From: Candidatus Aminicenantes bacterium
GTDB lineage: Bacteria; Acidobacteriota; Aminicenantia; Aminicenantales; JAFGBC01
Assembly (NCBI GenBank): GCA_963702005.1
Contig: OY969696.1
Span: 1,696,001-1,760,000, forward strand
Direction: 5' to 3'
DNA length: 64,000 nt
Below the pieces are notes generated by a model. That model searched no databases. It was not told where the DNA came from and saw nothing but the letters and a program-made list of their open reading frames with translations. The position numbers and the translations under genes were made by a program. Shown one piece after another: positions 29,435 to 39,265 of the stretch (the first letter of the stretch is position 1; each line of letters begins with the position of its first letter).

Positions 29435-32122
29435 TCATAAACTCCACCGATAGGAGACTTTGAGAAGAAAGATGTTGTCGCCGGGGGCGGTCAGCAGATC
29501 GCCCAGGTCGCGGCGGAGCTGAAAATCGCCGGGGTGGGCGTAGTCCGCCCTGTTCTGGGTCCAGACGAAGTAGAGGAGGGAGCCGGGCAGGTACTCCCAT
29601 CTCAGGACGGCCGTTCCCCGCAGCGACTTGACGTTGAAGTCGGGGTTTCCGAAAGTGAACGGCGCGGCGGGACCGGCTCCATCGGGATCGACCGTGTAGA
29701 GCTCGCCGTCCCGGGAGATCGTCGAGCCGTTTTCGCCGAACACGTTATAGGCGAAAGCCTTGGGCCGGGCGAGCTCCTTGAACTGACCGTACTTGCCCAC
29801 GGCGATGAAGGGCTGAAGGTACAGCTGGAGGCTCAGCCGCGGCGTGAATATCCAGTCCAGCCGGATATCGCTCGAGAGGACTCGCTGCTGGATGCGGCCG
29901 AAGACGTAGCGGGCGCCGAAGGTCGATGTCATCAGCGGATCCGGAACCTGGGTCACCCACATGAGCTGAGAATCCTCGTAGCTGTAGCCGGGTCCGAAAG
30001 ATAGGTTGAAGTTGCTCCTGGGTTTCCAACGCAGGCCGACCTTGGCATCCCACTCCGTGCTTTCGGTCGGCCGCTGATAAGTCATGGCGCTGCCTTCGAG
30101 GACGACGGCCTTGCGGTTATCGCTGTAAAGGTTGAGGTTGACTTGGTAGCCGGGCGGGATGGCGGCCAAGGGGCCGCCCCGGGTCAGCCGGTTGCTGACG
30201 GTTTCGGGATTATAGGCGAGCATGACAGACCCCCCCCAGTAATTCAAGAGCTCGGCCTCGAATTCGGCGAGGTAACCCTCCCAGGTTTTATTCCCGCCGA
30301 AATCGTAGTTCCGAAAGGGTCCGCCGATAATCAAGGCGTTCCGAAAAACCTTGCCCGGCTTGGTCCACTGAATGCCGGGGATAATGCTGATGTTGATGAT
30401 ATCGGAACTCCCGTACTGGAAGCCCGCGTCGTTGGGGTCGAAGCCGGGCGACAGGACGCCGACGTTAACCAGGAACAGATACTTCCCCTGTTGCTTGGCC
30501 AGGGCAAAGCGGCCCCCCAGGCCGCTGAGCGAAGTCGCCAGAGGGTCGACCTCGACGTGATCGGCGTCGGGGCGCTGAAAGTAGTGCATCGACGAATATT
30601 GAAGCCGAAGGATGTCCTCGCGGCTTCCCTCGATCCGGGTCCCTCCGAACCAGCCGCCGAAGACCCAGACTCTTTTTTTATCCAGGAAGGTCCAGCCGTC
30701 GAAGGCGAGGCTGAAGGCTCTTTGATTGAGAAGGGACTTAAGGCCTTCGTCGCCGAGGTCTCGGCTGACTCCGGTCGCCATGAGCCCGAAGCCCTGCTGA
30801 CCCTTATTGATGTCTTTCTGGACGCGGACGGCCCCGTAGTAGGAAAAGGGCTCGACCTCGTCCCGGAACCGAGTCCCCAGCGAGTCGACCTGGGCGTATT
30901 CGCGCGCCGTCAGGGCGTTGATGAACCCGATGTTCCAGCTGTTTCCCAGCTTGCCGGTCAGCTTGAACGCGCCCAAGATGGTCGAGCGATCCGGATAGTC
31001 CACGAACCCGTCATGGCTGATCGGGCCCTCGGGGGAGCGTCCGATGCGGCGGCTGTAGAAGAAGGTCGGGCTGGGCCAGTTGAGGTTGGCGTTGATATAG
31101 ACGCCGCCCCGTCCGAAGCCGTTGAAGATAGAGGCGCCCTCGATGAAGAAGGGCCGCTTTTCCTGATAATAGGTCTCGTAGGCGGAGAGGTTGATGACGG
31201 CCGGATCGACTTCGACCTGGCCGAAGTCGGGGTTGACGGTCGCGTCCAGCGTCAGGTTGCTCTTGAGCCCGACCTTGAAGTCGAGCCCGGCGTTGCCCAG
31301 GGCCTTGCGGCCGGTCTGGAAGGGATTGCCCGTTTCGGCCGGCTTGAACTGGGCCCGGCCGACGCTGTAGGGCATAATCTCGACATGGGGGCCGGGATGG
31401 ATGTTTTTGATTCCCTCGAGCCGGGCGAAGCGCGAGACGTAGGCGATCTGGTCTTTGGGGACCCAAGCGTAACGGTCTCGCTCCTGTTTGCGGAGGATGT
31501 GACGGCCGAAGTTGACGCCCCAGACATACTCATCCTTCTTGGGAAAGCGGAGCTGGTTGAGGGGGATCCGCATCTCGACGATCCAGCCCTCGCCGTTGAC
31601 CTGGGCCTTCGATTCCCAGACGCCGTCCCAGGTCGTGTCCTCGCTGACGTCGTTGGAGAGGACCTGGTCGATGACGGAGCCGGCCGGATTCACGCAAAAT
31701 TCGTAGCCGCTCCTCCGGTCGAAATAGGGGTCCACGGAGAAGACGAACCAGTCCGAATCCAACTGGGAATCGCGCCGTCCCAGGAGCCTCTTGATTCCGT
31801 CGGGCTGGGAGTCATAGAGGTAGGCGGCGACGTAGATGTTGGCGTCGTCGTAGGCGACCCAAACCTTCGTTTTTTCGCTGGGCGGAGCGCCGTCGACGGG
31901 GTCGGACTGGAGGAATTCGTCATAGCCGCGGGTCTGCCAGATCTTTTCGCTCAGGACGCCGTCGATGGCGACCGATTCCTCGGTCCGCACGGCGACGACC
32001 GGCTTGGGCTCGAAAGCCTTTTTTTCGGGTTCAGCGGGCTTGTCCTTGGTCGCCGGGAATAATGACAGGGTCAAAAAGGGCAGGGCCAGGCAGATCAGAT
32101 ATAAGAGCGTTCTTTTCATCAT
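29435..32122 (-). CDS. CBM9-like + DUF5916 outer-membrane-type protein
   Basis: Signal peptide; IDGVLSE..W, YDDANIYV, WDGVWES, VEMRIP, LDATVNPDFGQVEVD, YQEKRPFFIEG, FYSRRIG; C-terminal beta-strand. Confidence 0.82.
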   Translation of the reverse strand: MMKRTLLYLICLALPFLTLSLFPATKDKPAEPEKKAFEPKPVVAVRTEESVAIDGVLSEKIWQTRGYDEFLQSDPVDGAPPSEKTKVWVAYDDANIYVAAYLYDSQPDGIKRLLGRRDSQLDSDWFVFSVDPYFDRRSGYEFCVNPAGSVIDQVLSNDVSEDTTWDGVWESKAQVNGEGWIVEMRIPLNQLRFPKKDEYVWGVNFGRHILRKQERDRYAWVPKDQIAYVSRFARLEGIKNIHPGPHVEIMPYSVGRAQFKPAETGNPFQTGRKALGNAGLDFKVGLKSNLTLDATVNPDFGQVEVDPAVINLSAYETYYQEKRPFFIEGASIFNGFGRGGVYINANLNWPSPTFFYSRRIGRSPEGPISHDGFVDYPDRSTILGAFKLTGKLGNSWNIGFINALTAREYAQVDSLGTRFRDEVEPFSYYGAVRVQKDINKGQQGFGLMATGVSRDLGDEGLKSLLNQRAFSLAFDGWTFLDKKRVWVFGGWFGGTRIEGSREDILRLQYSSMHYFQRPDADHVEVDPLATSLSGLGGRFALAKQQGKYLFLVNVGVLSPGFDPNDAGFQYGSSDIINISIIPGIQWTKPGKVFRNALIIGGPFRNYDFGGNKTWEGYLAEFEAELLNYWGGSVMLAYNPETVSNRLTRGGPLAAIPPGYQVNLNLYSDNRKAVVLEGSAMTYQRPTESTEWDAKVGLRWKPRSNFNLSFGPGYSYEDSQLMWVTQVPDPLMTSTFGARYVFGRIQQRVLSSDIRLDWIFTPRLSLQLYLQPFIAVGKYGQFKELARPKAFAYNVFGENGSTISRDGELYTVDPDGAGPAAPFTFGNPDFNVKSLRGTAVLRWEYLPGSLLYFVWTQNRADYAHPGDFQLRRDLGDLLTAPGDNIFLLKVSYRWSL

Positions 32123-32312
32123 AGCTACTCCTATCGGCTTGTCCTCGGCCGCTCCCGCCGGGAGCAGACGAGGACGGCTCTCTCCCCATGACTCTCTTTC
32201 ATCACCCCGGAACCTGCGTTCCGAGCCTGTCCTCATCAAGTATTACGCTCCGAGAGCGAAAAAGGTTTCTTCGGATTGCCAAGAGCGTTCCGATAGGTCA
32301 CAATAGATTCCG

Positions 32313-32957
32313 ATGAAAATCGAGGCTTGCGATCTCGAGCGGCTGGAGCTGAGGCTCCGAGAGGCGAAGCCCGGACTGCCCGCCCAGCTTCGGATGGCGC
32401 CCTCGCCGCGGCCCGGCCATCGAGTTTATACCGAGGTCGAAGGATCCTGCCTGAAGGCCGGCGTCTTGATCCTCCTTTATCCGAGGGATGGAGAGACCTT
32501 TCTATCCCTGATCCGTCGGACCGGCCTCGTCCTCCATCACAGGGATCAGATCGGGCTGCCCGGCGGACAGCTTGAGGCGGGCGAGGATTTCGTCCAGGCG
32601 GCGCTGCGTGAAACACGGGAGGAGCTGGGCATCCCCCCCGAGGCTCTCAAGGTCATAGGCGCCTTGACGCCGCTCTATATCCCGCCCAGCAATTTTTGCG
32701 CCTATCCCGTCGTCGCCGCCGCCGCTGAAACCCCGGTTTTCCGGCCCGATCCGCGCGAGGTCGCCAAGGTCATCGAAATCCCGCTCGGGCATCTGACCGA
32801 CCCCAGCTGGGCCTGGCGCGAAACCTGGCTTGCCGGCGGCCGTTCTCTCGAGGTCCCGTTCTACGCTTTCGGGAACCATAAGATCTGGGGCGCGACGGCC
32901 ATGATCCTCTCCGAATTCCTGGAAATTCTGGGGTCAAACCTACACTCTGTCACTTAG
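32313..32957 (+). CDS. Nudix hydrolase, CoA pyrophosphatase (NudL-like)
   Basis: H.DQIGLPGG.LEAGE....AALRETREELG Nudix box; IWGATAMIL. Confidence 0.88.
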   Translation: MKIEACDLERLELRLREAKPGLPAQLRMAPSPRPGHRVYTEVEGSCLKAGVLILLYPRDGETFLSLIRRTGLVLHHRDQIGLPGGQLEAGEDFVQAALRETREELGIPPEALKVIGALTPLYIPPSNFCAYPVVAAAAETPVFRPDPREVAKVIEIPLGHLTDPSWAWRETWLAGGRSLEVPFYAFGNHKIWGATAMILSEFLEILGSNLHSVT

Positions 32958-33024
32958 TGCAACTTAGTTGATCGAGGCAGAACCTCAGCTTTTGCACTTT
33001 TTGCTAAAGTGTAGGTTTGACCCC
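32930..33024. repeat. 95-bp MITE/REPIN-like element with perfect 17-bp terminal inverted repeats
   Basis: GGGGTCAAACCTACACT (32930-32946) / AGTGTAGGTTTGACCCC (33008-33024); a lone GGGGTCAAATCT also occurs near 13467. Confidence 0.75.
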
Positions 33025-33064
33025 GCACTTCTGTTATAATTTTGGCCTTGGAAGGAGAACGGCC

Positions 33065-34588
33065 ATGGCCATCCGTCTTGATGGTTCGCATTTAACCATC
33101 GCGCAACTCGTCCGGATCGCCCGGGAGAACGAGCCCGTCGAGCTCGACCCGGCCGCCCTCGACCGGATCAAGGCCTGCCGGACCATGCTCGAAGAGAAGC
33201 TCAAAGCCCGGGAGATCATGTACGGCACCAACACCGGGATCGGCGAGTTCTCCGAGATCGTCCTCAACGACGAACAGGTGCGCGATTTCCAGCGTTACCT
33301 TATTTATAACCACGCGGCGGGGATAGGCGAGCCGGCCCCGGTCGAGCAGGTCCGGGCGGCCATGGCGAGCCGAGTCAATGTCCACGCCCGAGGCCGATCG
33401 GGCTGCCGGCCCGAGATCAGCTTGACTCTGATCAAGATGCTCAACAAGGGCGTCGCGCCCGTCGTCTGCCGAAAGGGCTCGGTCGGCGCCTGCGGGGACC
33501 TGGCGCCGATGTCTCAGATCGCGCTCCTCCTCTTAGGGGAGGGCGAAGCCTTCTACAAAGGGGAAAGGCTTCCCGGCGGAAAGGCCATGGAGAAAGCCGG
33601 GATCCCCATCCCCGGACTTCAGGCCCGTGACGGCCTGGCCGCCATCAACGGTTCGAACCTGCTCACCGCCATGAGCGCCCTCCAGCTCTACGACATCAAC
33701 CGCTGGCTCAAGCAGGCCGAGATCGCCTGTGCCATGACGCTCGAGGCTTTGATCGCCAACCTCAAGCCCTACGACGTCCGGCTTCACAAGGAGCGGGGCT
33801 TCGCGGGCGCCATCCGCGCCTGCCAGGCCATCATGAAATGCATCGAGGGCAGCGACCTGGCCACGGGCAAGATGAAGACCAAGGTCCAGGACGCCTACTC
33901 GATGCGCTCCTCGCCCCAGGTCATCGGGGCCGCCCACGACGCCGTCGCCCACGCCCGGAAGCAGGTCGAGACCGAGCTCAACGGCACGGCCGATAATCCC
34001 ATCTTCCTTCCCGAGTTCAACCTGACCCTGACCGGCGCCAATTTCCAGGGCAGCCCGATATCCCTGCCCATGGACATGGTCGGGGCGGCCGTGACCATGG
34101 TCTGCGTCCTTTCGGAACGAAGGCTTAACCGACTGACCAACCCGGCCCTGAGCGTGGGCCTGCCCGCCTTCCTGACCAAGGGCGCCGGCATGTTCTCGGG
34201 AATGATGCTGAGCCAGTACACGGCCGACATGATGATCGTCGAACAGCGGATCCTGTCGGCGCCCGCCTCGATCCAATCCATCCCGGCCGCGGCCGACCAG
34301 GAGGATTTTGTGTCGATGGGGATGAACACGGCCCTCAAGAACGAGCAGATCCTGGACAACGCTTTCGGCATCCTGGGGATCGAGTTTATGGCCGCCGCCC
34401 AAGGCCTCGATTTCCGCGGCTTCACGCCGGGGAAGGGGACGGAGACGGCCCGCAAGGTCATCCGCCGCCACGTCCTCCATCTCGAGGAGGACCGGCCTCT
34501 CCATGCCGACCACAACACGATGAAAGCGTTGGTCGAGTCCTGCGAGATTCTGGACGCAGTCGAGAAGGCCGTCGGCAGCCTGGAATAA
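33065..34588 (+). CDS. hutH: Histidine ammonia-lyase family (HutH/PAL/TAL) enzyme with Ala-Cys-Gly MIO triad
   Basis: YGTNTGIG, HAAG.G, GSVGACGDLAP, QDAYSMR..PQV.GA, DNP, QEDFVSMG; RBS AAGGAG; TGnTATAAT extended -10 at 33032-33040. Confidence 0.8.
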   Translation: MAIRLDGSHLTIAQLVRIARENEPVELDPAALDRIKACRTMLEEKLKAREIMYGTNTGIGEFSEIVLNDEQVRDFQRYLIYNHAAGIGEPAPVEQVRAAMASRVNVHARGRSGCRPEISLTLIKMLNKGVAPVVCRKGSVGACGDLAPMSQIALLLLGEGEAFYKGERLPGGKAMEKAGIPIPGLQARDGLAAINGSNLLTAMSALQLYDINRWLKQAEIACAMTLEALIANLKPYDVRLHKERGFAGAIRACQAIMKCIEGSDLATGKMKTKVQDAYSMRSSPQVIGAAHDAVAHARKQVETELNGTADNPIFLPEFNLTLTGANFQGSPISLPMDMVGAAVTMVCVLSERRLNRLTNPALSVGLPAFLTKGAGMFSGMMLSQYTADMMIVEQRILSAPASIQSIPAAADQEDFVSMGMNTALKNEQILDNAFGILGIEFMAAAQGLDFRGFTPGKGTETARKVIRRHVLHLEEDRPLHADHNTMKALVESCEILDAVEKAVGSLE

Positions 34589-34628
34589 TCCGCTCGAATT
34601 TCCGCGCTCGAATCGATCCGTCCCGGAA

Positions 34629-35054
34629 CTATTCGGGAAGCTGAATCTTGAAGCGCAGATGGAGCGGTCTGTTGATCTTTTTCCCCCGGACGGTGACCCA
34701 CAGGTTGCCGTTAAAATTTCGGGGTCCGGGTTTGGCCGGGATGACGACGGCGAGCATGATCGGAACGGGCGTCCCGGCCGCGACCGAGGGCAGGACGGCC
34801 GGCGTTACCGTGAGCACATTCTTGATGGACGGCGTCATGGCGAAACCGACCTCGGTCAGGTCCTTGGTCGCCGTAAAAACGGCGTTCAACGCCGCCGTGC
34901 CGCCCGGGGCGATCACCGCTTTCGCGAAAGGCTGGTCCCAGGAGACCTTGGCCGGCCCCTTTTTCGGCTTGGAGTCGGCGGCGAGAAGCGGCGCTCTCAA
35001 CAACGCCGCGCTGATAAGCAGGACGCACCCGACTAAAATCCATTTGCGGTTCAT
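34629..35054 (-). CDS. Small secreted hypothetical protein (beta-rich)
   Basis: GGAGG RBS, signal peptide MNRKWILVG...LLAA. Confidence 0.6.
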   Translation of the reverse strand: MNRKWILVGCVLLISAALLRAPLLAADSKPKKGPAKVSWDQPFAKAVIAPGGTAALNAVFTATKDLTEVGFAMTPSIKNVLTVTPAVLPSVAAGTPVPIMLAVVIPAKPGPRNFNGNLWVTVRGKKINRPLHLRFKIQLPE

Positions 35055-35148
35055 CGAAACCTCCTCGGCCCGTTGCCGGGCCTTCCCAACGCTCCCCTCT
35101 CCTTCCTTAATATCAGAATAAGCTCCGAGAAGCCTGCTGTCAACCGGT

Positions 35149-35676
35149 TCACCGGGAGCGGCCGGCAGACTTCCGGTTCCAAAGAGAAACGACGTCTTTC
35201 CGGCAGAGGATCAAGGCGGGCAGGACGAATAGAGCGAGCTCGAGGCCGAAGGCGACCAGATTCTGAGTGGACAGCACCTCGGCGACCGTCCCCCTCTTGA
35301 CGTAAGGAAAGATGCCCCGGTTGAGGAGCGCGTCCGAGAAGGGGAGTAGGGGCCGGAATCCGATCGGGGGGAGCGTGTCGACAACGAAGACATCCATGAC
35401 AAGATGGGATAGGGCCACCAGGGTCAGGCCGATCCTGGCTCGCGTCATCTTCAGAAACGGGAAAAAAAGCAGAGCGGACAGGAGCGCGACGGCGATATTG
35501 TGCGTGAAACGTTGATGGAGCAGCCAGTCCGGCTTTCCCAGGAGCGGATAGAGGACGAAATCGGCGTCGGGCAGGCAGGAGACGAAGATGAAAATGAGCA
35601 GGGTCTTGAAATCGTGCCGACGGTCGGCGTATTTCCAGCCGACCAGCCCGACCGCGGCGTGGGGTAGCGGCGTCAT
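35149..35676 (-). CDS. Metal-dependent membrane hydrolase (YdjM-like)
   Basis: H, LPDAD, HQRFTHN, SHLVMD motifs. Confidence 0.75.
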   Translation of the reverse strand: MTPLPHAAVGLVGWKYADRRHDFKTLLIFIFVSCLPDADFVLYPLLGKPDWLLHQRFTHNIAVALLSALLFFPFLKMTRARIGLTLVALSHLVMDVFVVDTLPPIGFRPLLPFSDALLNRGIFPYVKRGTVAEVLSTQNLVAFGLELALFVLPALILCRKDVVSLWNRKSAGRSR

Positions 35677-35782
35677 GGTCCGTCTCACTTTAGGGAAACC
35701 GGCCCGGCCTGTCAAGCGTTTTGCGTCCCGGGGCCGAATTGAAAAGGGAAAGGGAAAGGCGTATATTTAATTTCCAAATCCG

Positions 35783-36883
35783 ATGAAGCGCGCGCCGAAC
35801 ATGGTTGCAGTGATGATTCCGCTGGCCGTCATTTGCTGTCTGGGGGGGCGCTCGTTCCCGACCCAAGCCGCCCCGCGGACGCCGCGCCTGAAGCCGAGCA
35901 AGGCCGTCATCGGCTACTTCCCGAGCTGGAACAGGTCCGTCTTCGACCATACCAAGATCTCTTACGAATCGCTGACCCACATCGCCAACGCCTTCGCCAT
36001 GCCCGACGCCGACGGCAACCTCGTCCTTCCCCAGGATTACGTTTACCCGGCTTTGAACGAGACCGCTCACCAGCACGGGGTCAAGGTCATCCTGAGCCTG
36101 GGCGGCTGGGGAAACTGCGAGGGATTCGCGCCGACGGCCGCCGACTCCGCCAAACGGACGAAGTTCATCGGCCAGGTCGTGGATTTCTGCCGCGACCAGG
36201 ATTACGACGGCGCCGACATCGACTGGGAGTTCGTCTCGACGTCCCAGGAAAGCGCGGACTTCACGCTGTTCATCAAGGAGCTATCGGCCGCCCTGAGAGC
36301 CATGAAACCGCCCCGCCAGCTGACCATGGCCGCTCCCGCCGACGCTTACTACGGCCAGTGGATCGATTTCGAAACGCTCCACCCCTACTTCGACTTTATC
36401 AGCTTCATGACCTACGACTTCCACGGTCCCTGGTCGGATCATTCCGGCCACAACGCGCCCCTCTTCAGCTGCGACGGCGATGAGTGTGGGTCTGTCAACG
36501 ATGCATTCCTCTATGCCCGCCGCCGCGGCATCCCCCTCGCCAAGATCCTCCTCGGCATTCCCTTTTACGGGCGCTCCTTCGACTGCAGCCGTCTCTACGA
36601 AGCATTTCGAACCAGCGAGTATTACAGCTTTTACGAGGTCATGACGTTCCGCGGGTACGGCTGGCCCTCTTACTGGGACCGCTGCGCCAAAGTCCCTTAT
36701 CTTCGAAAACCGGGAGGCGGCGAGATCATTTCTTATGACGACGTCGCCTCGGTCTGGCGCAAGTGCCGCTACGTCAGGGACAACGGCGCGGCCGGCGTCA
36801 TCATCTGGGAGATCAGCCAGGACCGTTGGCAGGGGCGGTCCGTGCTGCTCGAGGTCATCGGAAATTCTTTCTTGAAAAGATAG
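35783..36883 (+). CDS. Glycoside hydrolase family 18 (chitinase-like), secreted
   Basis: SLGGW, DGADIDWE catalytic motif, MTYDFHG, GIPFYG, WEISQD. Confidence 0.92.
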   Translation: MKRAPNMVAVMIPLAVICCLGGRSFPTQAAPRTPRLKPSKAVIGYFPSWNRSVFDHTKISYESLTHIANAFAMPDADGNLVLPQDYVYPALNETAHQHGVKVILSLGGWGNCEGFAPTAADSAKRTKFIGQVVDFCRDQDYDGADIDWEFVSTSQESADFTLFIKELSAALRAMKPPRQLTMAAPADAYYGQWIDFETLHPYFDFISFMTYDFHGPWSDHSGHNAPLFSCDGDECGSVNDAFLYARRRGIPLAKILLGIPFYGRSFDCSRLYEAFRTSEYYSFYEVMTFRGYGWPSYWDRCAKVPYLRKPGGGEIISYDDVASVWRKCRYVRDNGAAGVIIWEISQDRWQGRSVLLEVIGNSFLKR

Positions 36884-36937
36884 GCCCGGCCGCCGGCGTT
36901 TGACGCCGCCCCGGATTTCATCCCAAGGAGAGCGCGA

Positions 36938-39259
36938 ATGGCTCGGATCAGGAGACAAACGCTTTGCACGCTGATTGTGTTGTCCTGCGGCCTGGCCGCG
37001 GCCTTGGCCGCACCCGGGGCGCTCGCCGCCGATAAAACCCGGGGATTCTTTCCGGTCTCGGTCTGGTACCCGGGCGGCAAGGCCCGGGCACCCATGCTGG
37101 AAACCGTGACTCCGGAGTCGGCCGCCGAGTGGCGCAAGGACCTCGAACAAATCAAGAGCCTCGGGTTCAACACGGTCCGGACCTGGGTCGAGTGGACGGC
37201 CTGCGAGAAGGAGGAGGGCCGCTACGATTTTAGCGCCCTGACCACGGTCGTCGACCTGGCCGGGGAGCTCGGCCTCAAGGTCCTCGTCCAGGTCTACATC
37301 GACTCCGCGCCGGACTGGGTCGAGGCCCTCTATCCGGAAGCCAAATTCGTGTCTTCGAACGGCGTCGCCGTAAGATCCCAGGCCTCGCCCGGGTTCTGCT
37401 TCGATCATCCCGGCGTCCGGGCCAAGATCCTTAGGTTTTTCGCCGAGGCGGCCAAGGCCGTCAAGGGGAAGCCCGCCCTCTACGGCTGGGACCTGTGGAG
37501 CGAGCCCCACATCATCAACTGGGCCGAGGTTTACTACGTAGGAAACCTGGAGAACGTCCAGTTCTGCTACTGTCCGTCGACCCAAGCCCGGTTCCGGGAA
37601 TGGCTCAAAGAGCGCTACGGGACGATCGCCGCCCTCGACAAGGCCTGGTATCGGACGTTCCGGAGCTGGGACGAGGTCGAGCCGCCCCGCTTCGGCACCA
37701 TCCTGACCTACACCGACTACATCGACTGGAAGGAATTCATCTCCGACAAGCTCGCCCAGGACCTCAAGCTCAAGGCCGAAGCCGTCAAGGCCGTCATCCC
37801 CGAGAGCGTCGTGACCAGCCACTCGGCCACCCCCGGCATTTTCAGCCGCCCCGACTGGTCCGGAACGCCCGACGACCGCAAGATGGCCGACAGCGTCGAT
37901 TACTACGGAGTTTCGATTTATCCCAAGCACGCCTGGACCCTCAAGCCCTGGTCCCCGTTCTTCCGCTCCTCGGGGCTCGACTTCGTCCGATCGATGGGGC
38001 TTCTCAACCGGGGCTTCTACATCGGGGAGCTCCAGGCCGGCTATGGCGTCTTCGGCATGAAGATGAGCGTCCCGGTCGTGGGCGCCGACCTCCGCGACTG
38101 GATGTGGAGCACGGTCGCCTACGGCGCCCGCGCCGTCAATATTTACGCCTATTATCCGATGAGCTCCGGCTATGAGGGCGGAGGCTACGGCCTGGTCGAG
38201 CTCGACGGCAAGGTCACCGAGCGGGCCGTCGAAGCCGGCCGCGTCGCCCGCGTCATCACCGCCGCCAAGAGCCTCTTCCTGGAGAGCCTTCCGGCCAAGG
38301 CCGAGATCGCCATCGTTTACAACCCGCTTTCCCACATGGTCGGCGGCCAGCAGGCCTTCACGGGCGAAGGCCAATCCGTCGGCGTCAACACGTTAAGCGA
38401 ATCCCTGCAGGGAATCCACCGGGCCTTCTACGAACGGCACATCCCGGTCGACTTCCTCCATGTCCGCGACCTCGCTCCCGAGCGCTGGAAGGACTACAAG
38501 CTCCTGATCGTGCCCTATCCGGTCATGATGTCCCGGCCCCATGTCCAAAAACTCATCGACTACGTGAGGTCCGGCGGGACGCTCGTCGCCGAAGCCCGCT
38601 GCGGCTGGGTCGACGAGCGCGGCTTCTCGAGCCCGGTCATTCCGGGCGGCGGGCTTCACGAGGTCTTCGGCTGCCGCGAATCCGAGCTGATGCCCGTTCC
38701 CAAGACCGGCGTCATGACCATCGCGGCCGCCGATCCGGCCTTGCCCCTCCTCAAGCCCGGCGACGCGCTCGACACGCTCTACTTCGAGGAGTCCTTCGAC
38801 GTCTTCGGCAAGGCCAGCCGGGTCTTGGCCTCGTTCCAGAATGGAAAACCGGCCATGGTCGCCGCGGCCTTCGGGAAAGGGAAGGCCGTCATCGTCGGCT
38901 CGTTCCCGGGCTCCGCCTACCATCATTTCAAGAATCCGGCCGACGGGAAATTTTTCGCGGGGCTGGCGGACTGGGTCGGCGTCCGGAAGCCGGTCGAGGT
39001 AAGCTCTTCGGACCCGGAGGTCTTGGTCGAGGGCCGGATCCTCGAGGGGGCCGGCTATAAAATTCTGATCGGGTTCAACCGGGGCGAGAGGAAAACCCTG
39101 GCCTCGTTCTCGGTGCCGACGGCCGCGCAGGCCCCGGTCGTCCGCGAGCTCGAGACCGGAAAGAGCGCGGCCTTCCGGAGGGACGGAGACGGCGTCGTCC
39201 TCGAAAAAGAGCTCGCGCCCGGCGGGGTTTGGGTCGTCTTGATTGAATCCAAGGTCTGA
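36938..39259 (+). CDS. GH42-like glycosidase, secreted, with SE instead of NE acid/base motif
   Basis: W.KDL..IKSLGFNTVR, W..CE.EEGRYDF, WDLWSEPH, CYC, FYIGELQAG, trimerisation domain. Confidence 0.85.
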   Translation: MARIRRQTLCTLIVLSCGLAAALAAPGALAADKTRGFFPVSVWYPGGKARAPMLETVTPESAAEWRKDLEQIKSLGFNTVRTWVEWTACEKEEGRYDFSALTTVVDLAGELGLKVLVQVYIDSAPDWVEALYPEAKFVSSNGVAVRSQASPGFCFDHPGVRAKILRFFAEAAKAVKGKPALYGWDLWSEPHIINWAEVYYVGNLENVQFCYCPSTQARFREWLKERYGTIAALDKAWYRTFRSWDEVEPPRFGTILTYTDYIDWKEFISDKLAQDLKLKAEAVKAVIPESVVTSHSATPGIFSRPDWSGTPDDRKMADSVDYYGVSIYPKHAWTLKPWSPFFRSSGLDFVRSMGLLNRGFYIGELQAGYGVFGMKMSVPVVGADLRDWMWSTVAYGARAVNIYAYYPMSSGYEGGGYGLVELDGKVTERAVEAGRVARVITAAKSLFLESLPAKAEIAIVYNPLSHMVGGQQAFTGEGQSVGVNTLSESLQGIHRAFYERHIPVDFLHVRDLAPERWKDYKLLIVPYPVMMSRPHVQKLIDYVRSGGTLVAEARCGWVDERGFSSPVIPGGGLHEVFGCRESELMPVPKTGVMTIAAADPALPLLKPGDALDTLYFEESFDVFGKASRVLASFQNGKPAMVAAAFGKGKAVIVGSFPGSAYHHFKNPADGKFFAGLADWVGVRKPVEVSSSDPEVLVEGRILEGAGYKILIGFNRGERKTLASFSVPTAAQAPVVRELETGKSAAFRRDGDGVVLEKELAPGGVWVVLIESKV

Positions 39260-39265
39260 GAGGAC

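Noticed and set aside
32123-32240. GC-rich hairpin in the DUF5916 leader as a riboswitch
   Set aside because: Single hairpin with no recognisable aptamer motif and no second copy to support it
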